From Adineta vaga (taxonomy: Eukaryota; Animalia; Rotifera): a stretch of DNA of 64,000 bases. The notes beneath the pieces are model-generated. The model did no database searches. It saw only the letters and a program-made list of their open reading frames with translations, and was not told where the DNA came from. This document shows, piece after piece, positions 63,006-64,000 of the stretch. The position numbers and the translations under genes were made by a program. Where the stretch lies: assembly GCA_021613535.1 (NCBI GenBank), contig CP075493.1, forward strand, positions 8,122,001 to 8,186,000, read 5' to 3'. How positions within the stretch are numbered: the first letter of the stretch is position 1; each line of letters starts with the position of its first letter.

Positions 63006-64000
63006 AGTTCAAATGTTTGCTCGTCTTCTTTTTATTTTAGTTGTTGATCAAATTAACCCGAGTATATGTGTATATTGATATGCCTCTGTATCACACGTTC
63101 AACAATGAGAAGAGAGAGATATAAGGATGGTCACCGAGGAGAAAAAAAAGAAAAAAGAAGACTCTTTATTTCGTTGTATTTCGTGTGATTAGTGATGCGC
63201 AACATAATTTCCATCGGTCACGATCACTACATAGACTTTTTCTTTTATTCTCTTACTGTATTTCACGCGTTCGTCTTGCTTGACTTACTTTTACAATGAG
63301 TAGGCGAGTGAATGTGTATGTCCACATTTCTTATTGAACATGCTCATTTCACCATTCATCGATCGATCATTTAGACACTAATCGCCCATCCGTAAACTCT
63401 CTTTTGCCATTGGTGGTGACATGAAAAGGACATGATATATATAAATATATACATTGATGTATATAGAAAAAGTATCTTTTCGCTTTCTTTTCTTTTCGAT
63501 ATACGCCCAATATATTTTTCTTATTGCTCATTGATAGAAATAAATAGTCATTCTTATTAGATATTTTAGTGAATTTGATTTGTTGTTCTTGTCATATTTA
63601 TCATAATACAATAGGAAAGAAAACGAAGAATAGATATCTGTGTGTGTATATCAACGAACATTCCAATATGTATATATATAAGAGATAGATTCGATTGAAT
63701 TTTCAGTCATTTTTTTATTGGAAAATTTTCTCGCCTTTTCTCTTTCGTTTTGTTCAACATAATGATCATATGATGTATGTAATTTTTAAATGATATTCAT
63801 CGTTGTTGTTGATGATGATATTCGTCCATATTTTGTTCTTGCTCCTGTAGTTGTTTCCAAGCTGGTACATCTTTGAGTGAACGATATTTTGTTAAAGGTT
63901 CACACAAACCAGTTAATACATTATGATTGGGTCGACAAAACCATTTAGGCAAACTACGAAATCGAAAATGAACATAACAACAATTGCCTTCTCCACATTC

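Overview
AT-rich, gene-dense eukaryotic DNA with many short (about 50-70 nt) GT-AG introns. Composition, intron size and the 'DPNPQIIRK...VRYLRPPTPPPPGPLIIKE' protein family point to a bdelloid rotifer (Adineta/Rotaria-like; inferred). About 15 spliced protein-coding genes can be modelled by eye: a TMEM179-like protein with a long Pro-rich tail, a C/EBP-type bZIP, two tandem long-chain acyl-CoA synthetases, a secreted prohormone-like protein, a membrane-anchored alpha/beta hydrolase (HGT candidate), ZNRF1/2, ASNSD1, a three-gene cluster of mucin/EGF membrane receptors, RILPL, FAF2/UBXD8, a lipid-anchored degenerate Mab-21/cGAS-like protein, and a Gln/Pro-rich rotifer-type protein. The best candidate for an undescribed system is the 25-kb receptor cluster at 24908-49891. 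Its three paralogues share an N-terminal Asp-Gly-Ser-Gly site, an SEA-like+EGF juxtamembrane module and a motif-rich cytoplasmic tail, but their ectodomains range from almost no stalk to a giant MUC4-like TSP1-NIDO-AMOP-VWD-EGF mucin. Several frameshifts at short homopolymers are probably assembly errors. No rRNA, tRNA, CRISPR array or intact transposon was recognised. All family calls come from recalled motifs, not database searches.
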